Source of the DNA: Tubulanus polymorphus
Taxonomy: Eukaryota; Animalia; Nemertea
Assembly: GCF_964204645.1 (NCBI RefSeq)
Contig: NC_134026.1
Location: 7,773,950 to 7,837,949, forward strand
Reading direction: 5' to 3'
DNA: 64,000 nucleotides
The notes beneath the pieces were generated by a model. The model was not told the DNA's origin. It was given only the letters and a program-made list of their open reading frames with translations, and searched no databases. The first letter of the stretch is position 1; each line of letters starts with the position of its first letter. The translations under genes and the position numbers were made by a program. This document shows, in pieces, positions 1 to 13,314 of this stretch.

Positions 1-2173
1 GCCGGGAAAATTGCAGCCAACAGCACATTTTAAACCAGGAGTATTTATCGCAGAGACTATTTCTATTTTTAGACTGGTTTTAAATTTTTGCTGATGCCGC
101 TGCATAAAACATATATCAACAATCAAATTACACGACGATGCAGGGAAGTTAAGTTAACGGGTTTTTTTTCTGGAAGTATAATTTCGCCGTTAGCGATTGG
201 TGGTGAACAAGGGCGGGGTTTGTAAGTAAGTAACGTTGGATAGACTGCCAGAGGCGCTTTCTAAATGATAAACTAAAAAGAATAGATATGTGTGTACATA
301 TATATATACACATGTATGTATTGTATTCTCTCATGACAAATTATGCTTAAACGTAAAATCAAAAGTCAATGAATCATGGATAAGAATAGAGCACGCTCAT
401 TTCGCTGTGGATCATACTGTATCCATACCAATGCGTTTTGTCGCGATGTAACACTCGTCTGAGTCAGAAAGGTTCAAGGGCAAAATGATATACCCGAAAG
501 GTGCCAAGTACAGCTCTTGCGGCCCCTGTATATAGACCGTTCCGAACACCACATACTATCCACTCGTCCATAGACCAGTAGTATTGGCGGATGACCAGTC
601 AGGTGTGGTGATTCATTACACTAACAATGCCAGCTATCATTCTCGGATAACTACAGTTTTGTCTAGGTAGCCAACTGCAGAGTACACAAAAAACTGTGTA
701 ACTGGAACTTAAACTGTGTAACTGGGTCCATTTCTGTCGAACTGGTTCCAGAGCTGTGGAAAAGAATCATCAATTATCTGAGTTTGATGATACATTTAGC
801 ATTGTTTGAATTTTCTGCAATGACGTCACGATTCGCTCGTGACATTTCGCAGTTTGACGGTGATGGAATGGAAGCCTATTATAACACGTCTCCGCGCACA
901 GAAACACGTCGCGCGCTACTGATGAAATAGCGTGCTAATTACCACCCATGAAAATGTGAAACTAAAGGAAATGCCGTTAGGCTGCGAACTATTGTCTGTG
1001 CTGCTTCCTTTATCTCATCACAATTAATACAAATATCGTCTGTCAAACCGCAGAGAGCCTCATTACGAGTCGTCAATCACAATTTGATAATTACATCACT
1101 TGCAAGAGCCGCCTGTCGTCGTACCCAGATCCTGTATACATATACAGCACAGACACGTGCCAGGGCCGCCTTCCTACCCAGGTCCTTATATACAGCACAA
1201 TCACGTGCCAGGGCTGCCTCGATAGCTGTAGAAGTGGAGCGTATGTGTGTGTGTGTGTGTTTGCAGCCTGTAGCGAGCTCCAGATTGATATATATTTGTT
1301 GACTATAATCCTAAAAGAGACTGAAACGTGATGAACCCAGCTACCTGATTTTCCCCTTGCGGCCAAACTAAGAACCTACTGATGTAGCTAGCCCTCCTCG
1401 GGCCAACTTTCTCTCTCTCAAACAGTTAATCTTCCCAAAACCTTAGAATAATCCAACAGTAATAATTTTTAGAAAACTTTGCAGCTTAACTGTATAAACA
1501 GGGCTTTAATAATTTCAGGAAATATGATATGTAGTTTTTTATGTTACGTCTTGGGGCGAGCAGATATTTGAATAAAGTTTAAAAGTTTTTGCTTTTTCCA
1601 TTTTCTTCACGAGTTGATGTAATGTGCCTAGCGCACGTTCACAATGATCAGAGAAAACATACATAAAAACGAAATTTCCCTTTTATTAAGAATGTTTTTA
1701 GAATGATGCTTTAAATTACTTTATTGACGGTACATGTTTTCAATTGACCAGTTTGACGCCAACTACTTCAAAAAATCCAAACTCTAATGAGACAGTAATC
1801 AACAATCCAGGACCCAGTTCCACAGTAATGGAGGTTAGGTTTGAGTCACATTTACCTGACTAGAACTTTGGAACTGTGGCCGAAACTGATATAAGACTGT
1901 GGAACCATAGAACCGGTGGAACACTGTGGAAATGTGCCTAAAAATTGTATCTGGTAGTTTATAATGTTGCACTATTCACCATTTCTAGAAATGACGGCGT
2001 CCCTGGCAGTCGAGGATATACGGATGTAAATTCAATGTGAAACCAGTTCAGAATCTATTTGTCATCTGTAACGGCACTGATGGACTGGTTCCGCCTCGGG
2101 ATGAGATGATGGACCGGTTCCGTACACCGCGCTTGGATACCCGAGCGAGCCGCAGAGTTGGGCGGTTCGTTCT

Positions 2174-3401
2174 TATATAACTGCGGGGCTAGTGGCAGTA
2201 ACTAGAGATTCTAAAACGTCGAGTGTCGGCGAACATCAAACGATTTATGTAGAGCTGATAAAATCAGTGAATGTAACAGTGTAGGATTCTATATAAGACT
2301 CTATTAGAGAGACACAGAGTCCCGTAACATCTTACAACATCCTACAACCTCCTAGAGGCACATACCATATACCGGCCTAATCAAATACCCCGCACACCGC
2401 CGCCGCTTAAAACTCTGATGAGCGTCAACGGCGGCTCTCATAACGAACATTTTTACCAAGTGAACTTTGATGTGAGTGGAGCTGATCGAGGGAAGAGAGG
2501 GAAAAGGGACAGAGAGGAGAGAGGAGAAAGAAGGAAGAGAGTGAGGGAGAAAGACGGAGAAAGAGGAGAGGGGGAGTTTGAAGATTGATCCATTTATCGA
2601 CCTTCTTACTATAGTACTTCCGGTTACGACACGGTTCCGCTGGTAGTGACGTCACGGACACTTACCTCTTTAACGGTGGATAATATTGATTGAAAATCGT
2701 CCATTAACGGCTGACTAGAAATCTGAAATAAATACATACAGCAATAAATCATTGATTCCTTGACACGAAAATAAGCGGCATTTACTGCGGTCGGGCCAGC
2801 ACAACTTCCCTATTCGTAGTCACACAGTCCGGGCCCCAACAACTCCCTCGCCCGTAATCCCTCAGCCCGGGCCACCACAACAACTCCCCTGCCGGTAGTC
2901 CAATAGCCCGGGCCACAACGACACCCTGCCCGTAGTCCCACAACCTGGGCCACAACTCATTTGACCACAGTACCATAGTCCCACAGTTCTTTAGTTAACA
3001 CTTTGATCTGTTTTTATTTTAAATTGAAGGTCTCGATATTAGAGTTTACTTGGAGTATTTCATTGTTCGCGAGTCAAGTGTTTGATGTATTGAGTCAAAC
3101 TTAACTTGGAATTTTATCTAAATAACTTTCAGATTGGGTCCTGATTATGTCGGACCCATGAAGACGTGTTTACGCCGAAGACTTGGTGGATAGCGCGGCC
3201 GGGTCTGGTTCTAGAGAGCGGATCACCGTTTAAAGTGTTCTTCAATAGTTCACAAGTACCGATCACCTTAACTCGCAAACACCCCAGTAATCGTCAGTAC
3301 ATTCTATAATACTGATTATCCGCTATTGCAAATACCCGTCGAGTTATCGTAAACACAATAAACGACAATTGAAGTTAACCAAGCGTCTTTAACGCAATAA
3401 A
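2174..3401 (+). other. Putative TATA-driven two-exon small-ORF gene or lncRNA (predicted 21-aa MSVNGGSHNEHFYQVNFDIGS)
   Basis: TATATAA near 2174 (second TATA-like near 2291); ATG 2418; consensus donor GAT|GTGAGT at 2471/2472; acceptor CTTTCAG| at 3132; in-frame TGA 3142-3144; AATAAA near 3357 and 3396. No homology recognised. Confidence 0.3.
2790..2990. repeat. Degenerate ~38-bp GC-rich tandem repeat (about 5 copies)
   Basis: Recurring CCGGGCC(A/C)CAAC..CCC..CGTAGTCCCAC core. Confidence 0.7.
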
Positions 3402-4044
3402 TACCCCTAGTTAAGCGCGAAAGTTAATCCCTGAGTAAGTTTAGTTCGGTGGTAAGCCAATTGTGGTTAATTTATCGGGTGGACAGATAAACCACTGTTA
3501 TATAGTACACAGCAGACAGCCTGCCCATCACAATATATACTAACTATTAGATTAGCTAATGCTGGCGCCCAGGGGACCAGTGAAAGAAAATGACCAAATT
3601 AGTAGACTGTTTCACGATGCTTGCCGTAAGCGACTGTGCATACACGACGAATTAGACTCAATTCATAGCAATGTGTGGCTCCATATTACTGGTCTGATAC
3701 AAGCCTTTGATGTCTAATTGGTATAACTGCTTGCGACGGCAAAATCTACGAGAAAGAATAAATATTTTCAATGTGGCTTTAAGTCATTGTTTCAGTTGAT
3801 AATTTCTATTTACTGCGCGCCTGCAATCACGCAATCATATATCACTAGATTTCACTCAGAAACAGAGTCCTTTATCTTCCCGACTGAAACTCATACTGTT
3901 AGTTTTGAAATACTTTGACTAATAAAAGACCTTGTAGTTTTAGAATATTTCCCGTAAAATTGATGAACATGTTTGTAGTTCGGTTTGATGTAACTTGGGT
4001 TTAAACATTTAATCAACTAATTTTAACTCTAATTTAACAGAGTC

Positions 4045-4330
4045 CATAGATGTGGAACTGAGTCCAGAGACTGTAAAACTTGGTCCAGAATTGTGGAGCC
4101 GAGTCCAGAACAGTGGAACTGGATCCTGAACAGTGGGACTGAGTGTGGAATAGGGTCGAGCTGTGGAACTGGGTCCTGAACTGTGGAACTGGATCCTGAA
4201 CCGTTGAACTGGGTTCAGAACTGTGGAACTGGATCCAGAACTGTAGAACTGGATACAAGAACTGCGGAACTGTGGAACTGGATACAAGAACTGTGGAACT
4301 GGTTCCAGAACTGTGGAACTGCGTTCTAGT
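4045..4330. repeat. ~20-bp tandem array (CTGTGGAACTGGATCCAGAA)n matching a MITE terminal repeat
   Basis: More than 10 diverged head-to-tail copies; same motif forms the TIR of the element at 9278-9385. Confidence 0.85.
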
Positions 4331-7300
4331 TTTGAAGTTCATGATATGAATATTTTAGCCTGAGATACAAAAGTCACATTTTCCAGCGTAATAATAAAAA
4401 CTACGATTGAATAAAATTATCTGAAAATCGATTCATGTTTATTATCAAATGATTCTGATAAATTGAAATGATTATCAAACGGTATATATTTGCGGATAGT
4501 GATCTCATTTAAACCCTGAAGTCATTTTCATCCTGACAATATCGACTTGGAAATATCTGATAGCATCAAAAACAATCTAAAGGTCAAGCACTTCGGGGTA
4601 AATATAGTAAATTCATCTGTCATCATAAAGAATAGCTGAATATTTCATCCCGATCTGAAAACAATGGTTTTATCTCAGACATATCGATCTCATTACGTTT
4701 GATATATCTGAGATATTTTAAGGAGACACTGTTGAATGTGTATGAACCCCAATTCGCGCCCGAGGCGGCAACGGCTGCTATCTATTTCAAATACCGATCA
4801 ACATTCATATTAGATAAATTTTGATTTTGAATTCGTTTTAAATAAAAGAGAAAACGAAGTTTCGGTAACGGTAACCCTCGCTTGCCGCGGGTCATGCGTG
4901 CCACCTCACTAACGATCCATTGACACGAAATAAACGAGGAATCTTTGAAGCAGAAAACTTTGTCACGAAACGACGGAAACATCGATAAGTTTTAAATTAT
5001 AGTCAGTTAAACCTCGGCTTCGATCGGGGCCAAACTCTGCGCGTGGGAAGTTAACGTCAACGTGACATGTGATTCCATCATAAACTTGTCCACACAAAAC
5101 TGCTCACTGTTTCTGCGTGGTTTCTGAAAACGCCCGCGGTATAGAAATAGATCGGTTTTGCCGGCGGGGGTCGCGCGCGGTAGAAGTTTAAATAAGTGTC
5201 CGCATGATAAACAGCGTGAAGTTTCTCCCGTCGCATCGCAGCCACCAATACTGCCGCAAACCCCGATACCGGGGAAAAAACTTCTAAAAACTTTCATCGT
5301 CAAATATCCACGAAACTATTTTCCGCAAGGTTTCATCGTTTTTTTCATTTTTCTCGGCCGAGTGCGCATGTCACCGATCAGTCACCCGTATCATGTACAA
5401 AAGCCGCTAGGACCTCGTAATCTTAAAAAAATCGACTTTTCAATAATTAGGTTTTCGTAGATGGTGAAATTGACCTGACAAAACATCGGGCAAAATATTC
5501 AGGACATTTTCGTTGAGAAACTATTTTGTAGTATGAAATGTTGCTGATAGATCTAGAGCACCCATCGCCCCTCCCCGATACCCAAGTATCCCCCCTCTGC
5601 CGGTACTCAGAGCTGAGTAGTGCCTCCCCCTCCCTCCCCGGGCTCAGAGCCGAGTATTGAACAACCCCCGCCTGACTTCAAACATACCCCGCTCTCTCCA
5701 ATATCCACAATCTATCGATTTGACATTAGTTCATAAAAGAAATGAAAGTTTTTTTAATAGATTCGAATATGGGCCGCTTGAGGGCAGCGCGCTGGAGATC
5801 AGGCGCGGAAGGACTCGGACGCCTTTGAAGTTATCTGACGACGCAGCGGGACCAGGTTGTGAGTACCCATAGAGGCCGCGTCGCAACCAATCATTAAAAC
5901 CCTTAGCACCACCGCCGAACATGTTATTTCAAGATTTTCCGCTTGGTTCGCGATGAAGAGCTGTTTGTTTTAATTTAATAGAAATTTAATGCATAAAGAA
6001 TAGCGACGTTTGAGCGTTCTCGGGGTAGCGGGGATCTGAAGCGAAAACTGTGTCAATTCAGTTGAAATAAAACAATTACAGAATCTATTTTACATCTGTG
6101 ACCAGAATCACCGGGGTAAATCCCAACCGAAAACTACCGTTAAAACAGTCAACTGTTTGTGACTATAGTGAACTGATATCAATCTCAGTGTATAAAATCC
6201 CACAGTGTAGAAAAGTTTATTTTCTTACAATTTTGGGGCCACTTCTAAACCTCATCATCAGAGAACCAAGACTGTTAGAAAATAAAATTTTCTTTATATC
6301 TACTATGGGTTTTATTTGTTAGTCAACTATTTCTATGTTAAAGCGAAAGATAGTTTTCATTGTCAGAACTTTATGTTCCTTCATGATCTTCTGCAAAATG
6401 TCGAAAAACTTGCACAGCCACAAATTATTAAGCCTTATGGTTGGTTTGAATTCCTGAGATTTTAGTAAATAATATCTTTTAATGAATCGGCTAAATTTGT
6501 GTAATATAGGCTACAAGTACGTATTTACTCTCAAGTTGTGTAAATTTCGTAGAAAACTTCGAAGATAGAATTGGTTGAATAGGAAGGTAAGAGGAGAGAG
6601 GATAGAGAGGAGGTTAGAGGGAGAGAGGACAGAGAGAGAGGAGAAACGTGGAAACTGTGATTTCTGCGAGATGCCTGAAGGGTTTATAAGGCGGCAGCGG
6701 TGAATATTGGAAGAAAAACGTTGCGCCAATTACCATCAGACCTCGTCAGACGACAACCGTGCCACGAAAAATTACCACGAATTAGTCAAACACGGCCCGC
6801 AACCAAATATTTGCAACCAAGAAAATTGACTTGTGAAAAGCCGACAGGCGATTTTAGGTGGGTTAAATTATGATAGGTTTTAATATTGGTAATCAGTAGA
6901 TGAGGAGATCTGATAGATTTATCCGGAATGGCCCTGAGGTAAAACAGAAAAAAACGCACCGACCTTTTTACTCAGATGTGGTTCCGGTGCGGTGCGCTGT
7001 CTTCAAACATCAAACCACATAAAAAAAACCATCGCCGCAAAAAACGATAGACCGGCAAAACAGAAGAATCACTTCGTGTATGAGAGTCATTTCTGAATTT
7101 TTTGGAATGATATTCGTCTCCAGTCAACTAGGCTGTACCTAGCATTCGAATTTTCGGGGAAAACCCAAAAAGGGCAGGATATATAACAATAATATTTGGA
7201 AACTCGTGGGCACTTTTACAATTTTCTGGGAGGGGCAACTGCCCTTGTTAAATACGACCTCTCTTTATAACGGATGCTCTTTATTTGAAAAAATGAAGTT

Positions 7301-7991
7301 TCTACTTTGTCACTGGCGAACGAAAGAAGGCATCTTTAAAAAAGACACACGATTTAAAATGTGGTTTGTAAATATATTTTTAGGCCAAATAATTACTCTT
7401 ATATATGAACTGCTTTGCTAGAACCGGTTCCACAGTATCTGAATACCATAGATGGCTCGATTCTAATCTTAACTTGGGTCCAGAACTGTGGAACTGGATC
7501 CTGCGATTCAACTCCATTTTCCGGTGGAATATAGTACAGATGTCGATGGGACAAACTGTGTAAAATGCGGTTTTTGTCCATAAGAATCAGGAATGTCGGA
7601 GAACATCTTTCGACAATCAGAATCGAGATTGTCGAAGAGATTTCCTGCGACAATCCAGCGATCCTGTTTCCCAATGGAGGTCATTTGATAATTCATTGCG
7701 TCGATACCCTTCCATTCTTCCCGAAGTTGTGTTCCGAATTAATTTTCTGACCTCTGACACATTTGTTAGAATGAAAATAAAAACGTCTATTCGGAGATAA
7801 ATCGATCAAGGACTACGATCCATAGCCTGAGCCTAGGTGTGCCGTTACCCGAACCCGAACCCTAGCTCAAAGCCTAACCGTATAATAGCATAGACTCAAA
7901 CCTAGACCTCCCGCACGCCAGCAGATCGTGCTAACTACAAAGCTTTGATATAGTTGGTCTGGTCAGTGTGGTTACGATTTATCCAGGATCC

Positions 7992-8105
7992 GGATCCAGT
8001 TCCATAGTGTTGTGAGTTAAAATATTTGACTCAGAGTAAACTCATTTAAAATGAACTAATTTCAACTCAGAGTTAACTCTAACTCACATCTCTGGAACTG
8101 GATCC
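7992..8105. mobile_element. Short PIF/Harbinger-like MITE (same family as 9278-9385)
   Basis: GGATCCAGTTCCA...TGGAACTGGATCC inverted ends; internal GAGTTAACTC motifs. Confidence 0.65.
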
Positions 8106-8954
8106 TGGTAACCAGTCGGGTGTGTTAAATCTGTCATATTCATTCCGTTATCAGGCCCTCATTGCCAGGAATAATTCAGAACAAAAAAAATGAATTCGTT
8201 ATATCATGCGTGTAATGAATATAATATTTCATTTTAAATTTAGTTGTATCACATTTCATCAGAGATATAGATATAAGGATGATTAGTTATAAATCTATAC
8301 GTCATCAAATATGGGCTTAAAGTCAGCATTTTTCTACTCTGAAACTAGAATACGATACAAGCGGAAGCGGACGAGGAGCTCGAGGGCAGATAAATAAACT
8401 GCATACTGCTAATCATCAAACCCACACCTGCCACAGTTTGTTCCTAATCGCCATCAATGTTTTGGCCCGCAGCCTCTGTTTTGGGTTCTAGACGAGAGTA
8501 TGAAAAAATCATCGGGATTTATTCTTATTGTTTCAAATGTATTTCGCGCGACTCCCCGCGCCCCTTGCTCCCTGCGCTCCCCTGACCCCTGGCGGGTTCG
8601 GAACGCGCGCGCGTCCTGCAGTATTCGCTAAACGGGTTATGTATCTAGTAATCTCTAACTGTGCCTAATTGTATTAACAGACTGAATGTAATCAGCCTGA
8701 AGACACAAACCCGGTCGTACGCGACTTATTTCCATATTCAGATGTCAAATTTATCCCATCATAATTTCATTAATTGTTTAATTCGCCGAATTAATTCCTG
8801 TTTACCTTCGAGAGACGCACATACAGGGCGTATCAAAACTATAATCAGAGTGACGATGTTACTATGCGACTCGAGCGCTCGACCAAGCCCTAGATTAAAT
8901 CTCAGGTTCAAATTCGAACGCATGATCAAATTACAGAAAGCAAATTGCCCAAAG

Positions 8955-9150
8955 TCCACGGTTCAGGACACAGTTCCACAGTAACCGTTCCCCAGTTCTG
9001 GGCCCAGTTCCACAGTTCAGGACACAGTTCCACATTATACGAATCCATTTCCACAGTTCTAGACCCAGTTCCACAGTATCCGTTACAGTTCACACAGTTC
9101 CACACTATCCGTTCCACAGTTCAGGTGCCGGTTCCACGGTATCCTTTCCA
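8955..9150. repeat. Tandem array of CCAGTTCCACAGTT units (reverse orientation of the 4045-4330 array)
   Basis: Repeated CAGTTCCACAGT motif, about 9 diverged copies. Confidence 0.8.
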
Positions 9151-9277
9151 CACTTCCGGGCAGTTTCATCTGTTGGTTAAGTTTGACTCGTGAGAAAAAA
9201 TTATTTCAGTTCAAATTGTTAGGCCTATAAAGATGTATTTCTTTTCTGTAAAATGAAATAGGTTAACTACACACCTG

Positions 9278-9385
9278 GGTCCAGTTCCACAGTTCCGAGT
9301 TAAGATTTGACTCTGAGTTAACTTCTTGAAAATTAACTAACTTTAACTCGGAGTTAACTCTAACTCACAACTGTGGAACTGGGCC
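9278..9385. mobile_element. PIF/Harbinger-like MITE
   Basis: TIRs GGTCCAGTTCCACAGTT / AACTGTGGAACTGGGCC flanked by 3-bp CTG direct repeat (CWG-type TSD). Confidence 0.75.
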
Positions 9386-11138
9386 CTGGGGTCATCATCT
9401 TTTGCAATTATTTTCCTGAAATCAAATAGTCTCAACAAGGTTGGTTTTTCCTTGTTGAAAAGGAATCAATATATTTCTAATCAAAATATCTTGAAAAACA
9501 AATTCTACCCCGTGACCCATCAAAACGCAACAAACCAAACCGTTTTCGAATGTTATCATTTGAAATTGAAACAAATCACGCGAGAATGCGAATAGAATCT
9601 CGCGAGATTCGGGCCCCAGAGCGGTAAACACTATCTCCGTACGGGAAAACAATAAAGAAGTATTTACAGAAACGATAAAACTTTATAGAAACACACACAC
9701 TTTAGATCCTGTTCAAATGTACCGACAATTACTCGTGTTACAGCGCCCCCTGGGCTTATTTAACAATCACAGCCGGTATAAATCAGTCCCCAGCGCGTCG
9801 CGCATAGTGAACATAATAAAACTGTATTTGCTGTGTAAAGATACCCCCACAGCCAGCCAGCGCTCGCGGGACCCTGCGATATTATTTGCGAATAGAAAAT
9901 TTTAAGAAATGGAAAGTTTTCATGTTGTTCGTGTTGTGTTGTCGTACGATCGCTCGCAGCGCTCCGACAATGAGAACCGTTCGGGAGGAGATTGTTCAAT
10001 TTCAAACGCGAAATAAGAAACCGCGCACCGGCTCAGACCCCCTTCAGGCGGCGCGTCACAGGCTTTTATACATCAGGAAACGCGGAAACTTTTTAAGTTG
10101 TCGAAATGAATTATTTTCATTGTTTCTGCCCGCGATGTTTCTATCATAAAACGGGAATAAATTCAATTCGTATTCGCGCTATGCGTGGGTATAAAGTTTT
10201 GCGGCTAGAAATCGAATCCACGAAATGCTTTTTTATTGCAGGAATTAATGAATCCCAGCAAATAAATCTTTAGAAATATATTCTATCAGATTTGAGCGTA
10301 AGCAACAATATTTCATTTTTTTGGGACTTGAACCTCGGAAGTTATATATTGATATAGAATTTAATCGGGATTCGAACTCAAATGGTTGCAGTAACACTGG
10401 GTTGTTTTTATTCGTTTTGACAGCTGATATCGGATACGATGGGGCATAATTACAACGGACCAAAAAACCGTCACCCTGAAACCGGAAATACCCCCATCTC
10501 GCCGTGTGTCATTGTTTGTAATTTCGGTTGACAAACACCCCGGAAATGCCCATTCTTCCCATCGTGCAACTGGGTATTTTCATTTGATGTGATGGGACCG
10601 GAACTAGACCTCAAATTCTGCAGTGGTGAAAGTGCATAATTTGCGGTTATGATTAAGATATAGAATTTCATCTCCTGATGAAAAGAACCGACGATCGACA
10701 ATGAACCGACACAGTATATGGGTGTGAATCCCGTGTGAGATTCAACTGATAACTATAAGTATGTCCAAGAATACGTACAAAAAAAAAACAACACGATAGA
10801 TACTTTATCAGTTTTAAATTGCTTTATAGTTCGCATTATAGGCCCCTGCTAACAACTTATTTTTAAATTCAGAAAAAAATGTGATTTCTCTCGAAATCTA
10901 CATAATCATTGATGAAACACTCTCCGTTACGATTCCGTTACGAGTCCGTTATACGATTATACAAACTAAGGATAAAATGACTCCAAAATGTTTCCTAGAG
11001 CTATCAACTATTCTATATCATCCGAATAGTCGTCTTTAAGAAAACTTGATTTATTCATAACAAACTTACGATGAAACATAATAAACAATCCAGTGAAAAG
11101 AGACTGATTAGTAACTTTCTCACCAGAAAATTTAGTTT

Positions 11139-11340
11139 TCCTGAAGATGACGCAGTGGAAATGTTAAATAAACTACTAGCTCAAAGAAAGATATCTTCCA
11201 TACTCTTTTTATTCTTAGTTTGCTGGGATTTCATTATTATCTTACAACAGGGACTCAGAGTGTATCGTCCAATGGTCAAGGAAAACATTTAATCCCTGAA
11301 AATGACTATTAGGATATAGTCAAAACGTTGAATAAACTAT
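11139..11340 (+). repeat. Two tandem degenerate Penelope-type minimal hammerhead motifs
   Basis: CCTGAAGATGAC-GCA-GTGGAAATGTT-AAATAAACTA and CCTGAAAATGACTAT-..-ATAGTCAAAACGTTG-AATAAACTA, about 155 bp apart. Confidence 0.5.
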
Positions 11341-13135
11341 ACTCGAATCTCAAGGAATCATTTCGTGGTTTTCAAGGACTCATGGATTTCATTTTCATTT
11401 TCATTTTCATTAAGTTTATTTTAACTTCACCCGTCGTCCAACGTCCTATTTTACAATATTTTGTACTAATTCCTACTACTTTATATTGTAATTTAATTCG
11501 TAAATAAAACATTATCATTATTGTTATCATTATTCTTGTGCAGGGATTTTATATCATTTTTACGACACTGGTTATTGCGAAAGGACGTTTGTTCTTTTGG
11601 TGAACTTTTACCAGGTTTCGAATATATCGATTTTTCCAGCCGTTAACCAGCGTTCCTTTGATACATATATAATTACGTGTCTGTTATAACCCATTGTTAT
11701 ATACGTATTGAATGAAATATATAACTGAGAGCTATTTGAACTTCACCTGAAGTTCGAATCCATATCGCTTAATTACAACTGATCCTATTTCACACAACAC
11801 CAGAAAAACATCAGTCAGAAAGTCAGAAATACATAAGTATTTTATGCCATAATTAAAAGCCTTGTTGGTAACTTAACCCCAGGTTAGACTGCTTTTGAAG
11901 TTCATTTATTCCCGCAAAACAACTTCAATAAAGTATCAAAATACACGATCTCACAGAAAACTATTCTGGCCCAATCAAACATCGACGAATCTAGCAATTT
12001 AAGTCTAATATAACTATAGTTAACGGTTTTTATAGATAAAGATCGGGTTCATGCCCCCGGTTTGGTAATTTAACGAGAATTCGACAAAAATAAAAACCGT
12101 TTTGCCTCGGCAAACGTTCTGATATACTTTAATAATAGAAATTCGTTGATTCCGCGTGTTTTTTTTATGAATTCATCTCGATTAATTTAGGAACTAGATC
12201 GGGTTAAAATGTCAATTTGTTCGGAGAAAATGCACGTAAATGATTCAAAACTGGAGACAAAAAAAAATGAAATACACCGATTAAAGTATATTTAGAAAGT
12301 ATGAATGGACATTAAAACAGAGCAAAACTTGAGCCAATAGTGAATTGCTTTAGCAATAAAGAAAGTACAAAAAATAGTGTTTATAATAATCATAATATGA
12401 TTTATCATAATATCATGTTGCTATTTCATATCGTCATAGATTTTTCGAACCGTCTGAAAAAAAAAATGATTGCGAGATATTTGAACCTGGCGTAATTTTC
12501 ATAGGACAATCCTCTATCAATCACGACTTGGTGGCAATACATCGATATATCATATTTGAGAGATTAATACGTTTCTAGGCCAGGATTAAGAATACCATGC
12601 AGTATATAAAAATACGTACCAAACAATTCATTATTCCAGGAGTTATTCGAATGTATATATTCCGATATTTATAGTCCGCGAGTAGATTTAATTTCAATTG
12701 TAACAGTAGTTGGAGAATGATTAAAAGGTGCTGGTCGGGGAATGGTAAGCTGTTCGATAGCGGACGAACTGATATGACTGAATAATTACTGAAACTCGGG
12801 CTATGTTTGTATATTTAGCGAGGAATGACAAGAAATTCGCCTAAAAACATATTCAAATGGATCTGGTGTGTGTGTGGTATGTGTGATGATGGCGCACATC
12901 TCGCTAGTGTATCAGATCTCTCTGTTCAGTCACTTTAGGCGCATTCATTACATTATAACTCTTCTCTCCAAGACAATAGTCACATTCGCATGCATTTACT
13001 CGGCAAAAATTCAAATTGAATCAGAAAAAAAATGCTTTCAATATTACATATGTTAGTTTAGTACAGAGGAATACAACAATTTCGTTTAGAAAATCATGTA
13101 TGGCTTATTTTAGCTTTCTTTTCTTCTCCCAAGTT

Positions 13136-13314
13136 ATAATGATAATGACGATGATATTTTTATCATCAATTAAATTTAGGTAACAGCAATACTTTAAATT
13201 AATTGGCTATTGATGATAGGAGAAGATATAATGATAATGACGATGATATTTTTATCATCAATTAAATTTTGGTAACAGAAACACTTTAAATTAATTGGCT
13301 ATTGATGATAGGAG
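13136..13314. repeat. Direct tandem duplication of ~90 bp
   Basis: TATAATGATAATGACGATGATATTTTT...GATGATAGGAG occurs twice back-to-back with a few substitutions. Confidence 0.85.

Noticed and set aside
3133-3192. TCC-TGA-T resembling the antizyme +1 frameshift site
   Set aside because: The +1 frame stops after 16 codons and has no antizyme similarity
4009-4342. ORFs of 92 and 102 aa (also 8945-9193, 20017-20289, 20738-21007)
   Set aside because: Translations of tandem or low-complexity repeats
5950-5965. GATGAAGAGCTGT resembling the 3' part of miR-745 (and TGAGATTCAACT near 10736 resembling the miR-1175 5' end)
   Set aside because: Only partial matches and no precursor-length hairpin
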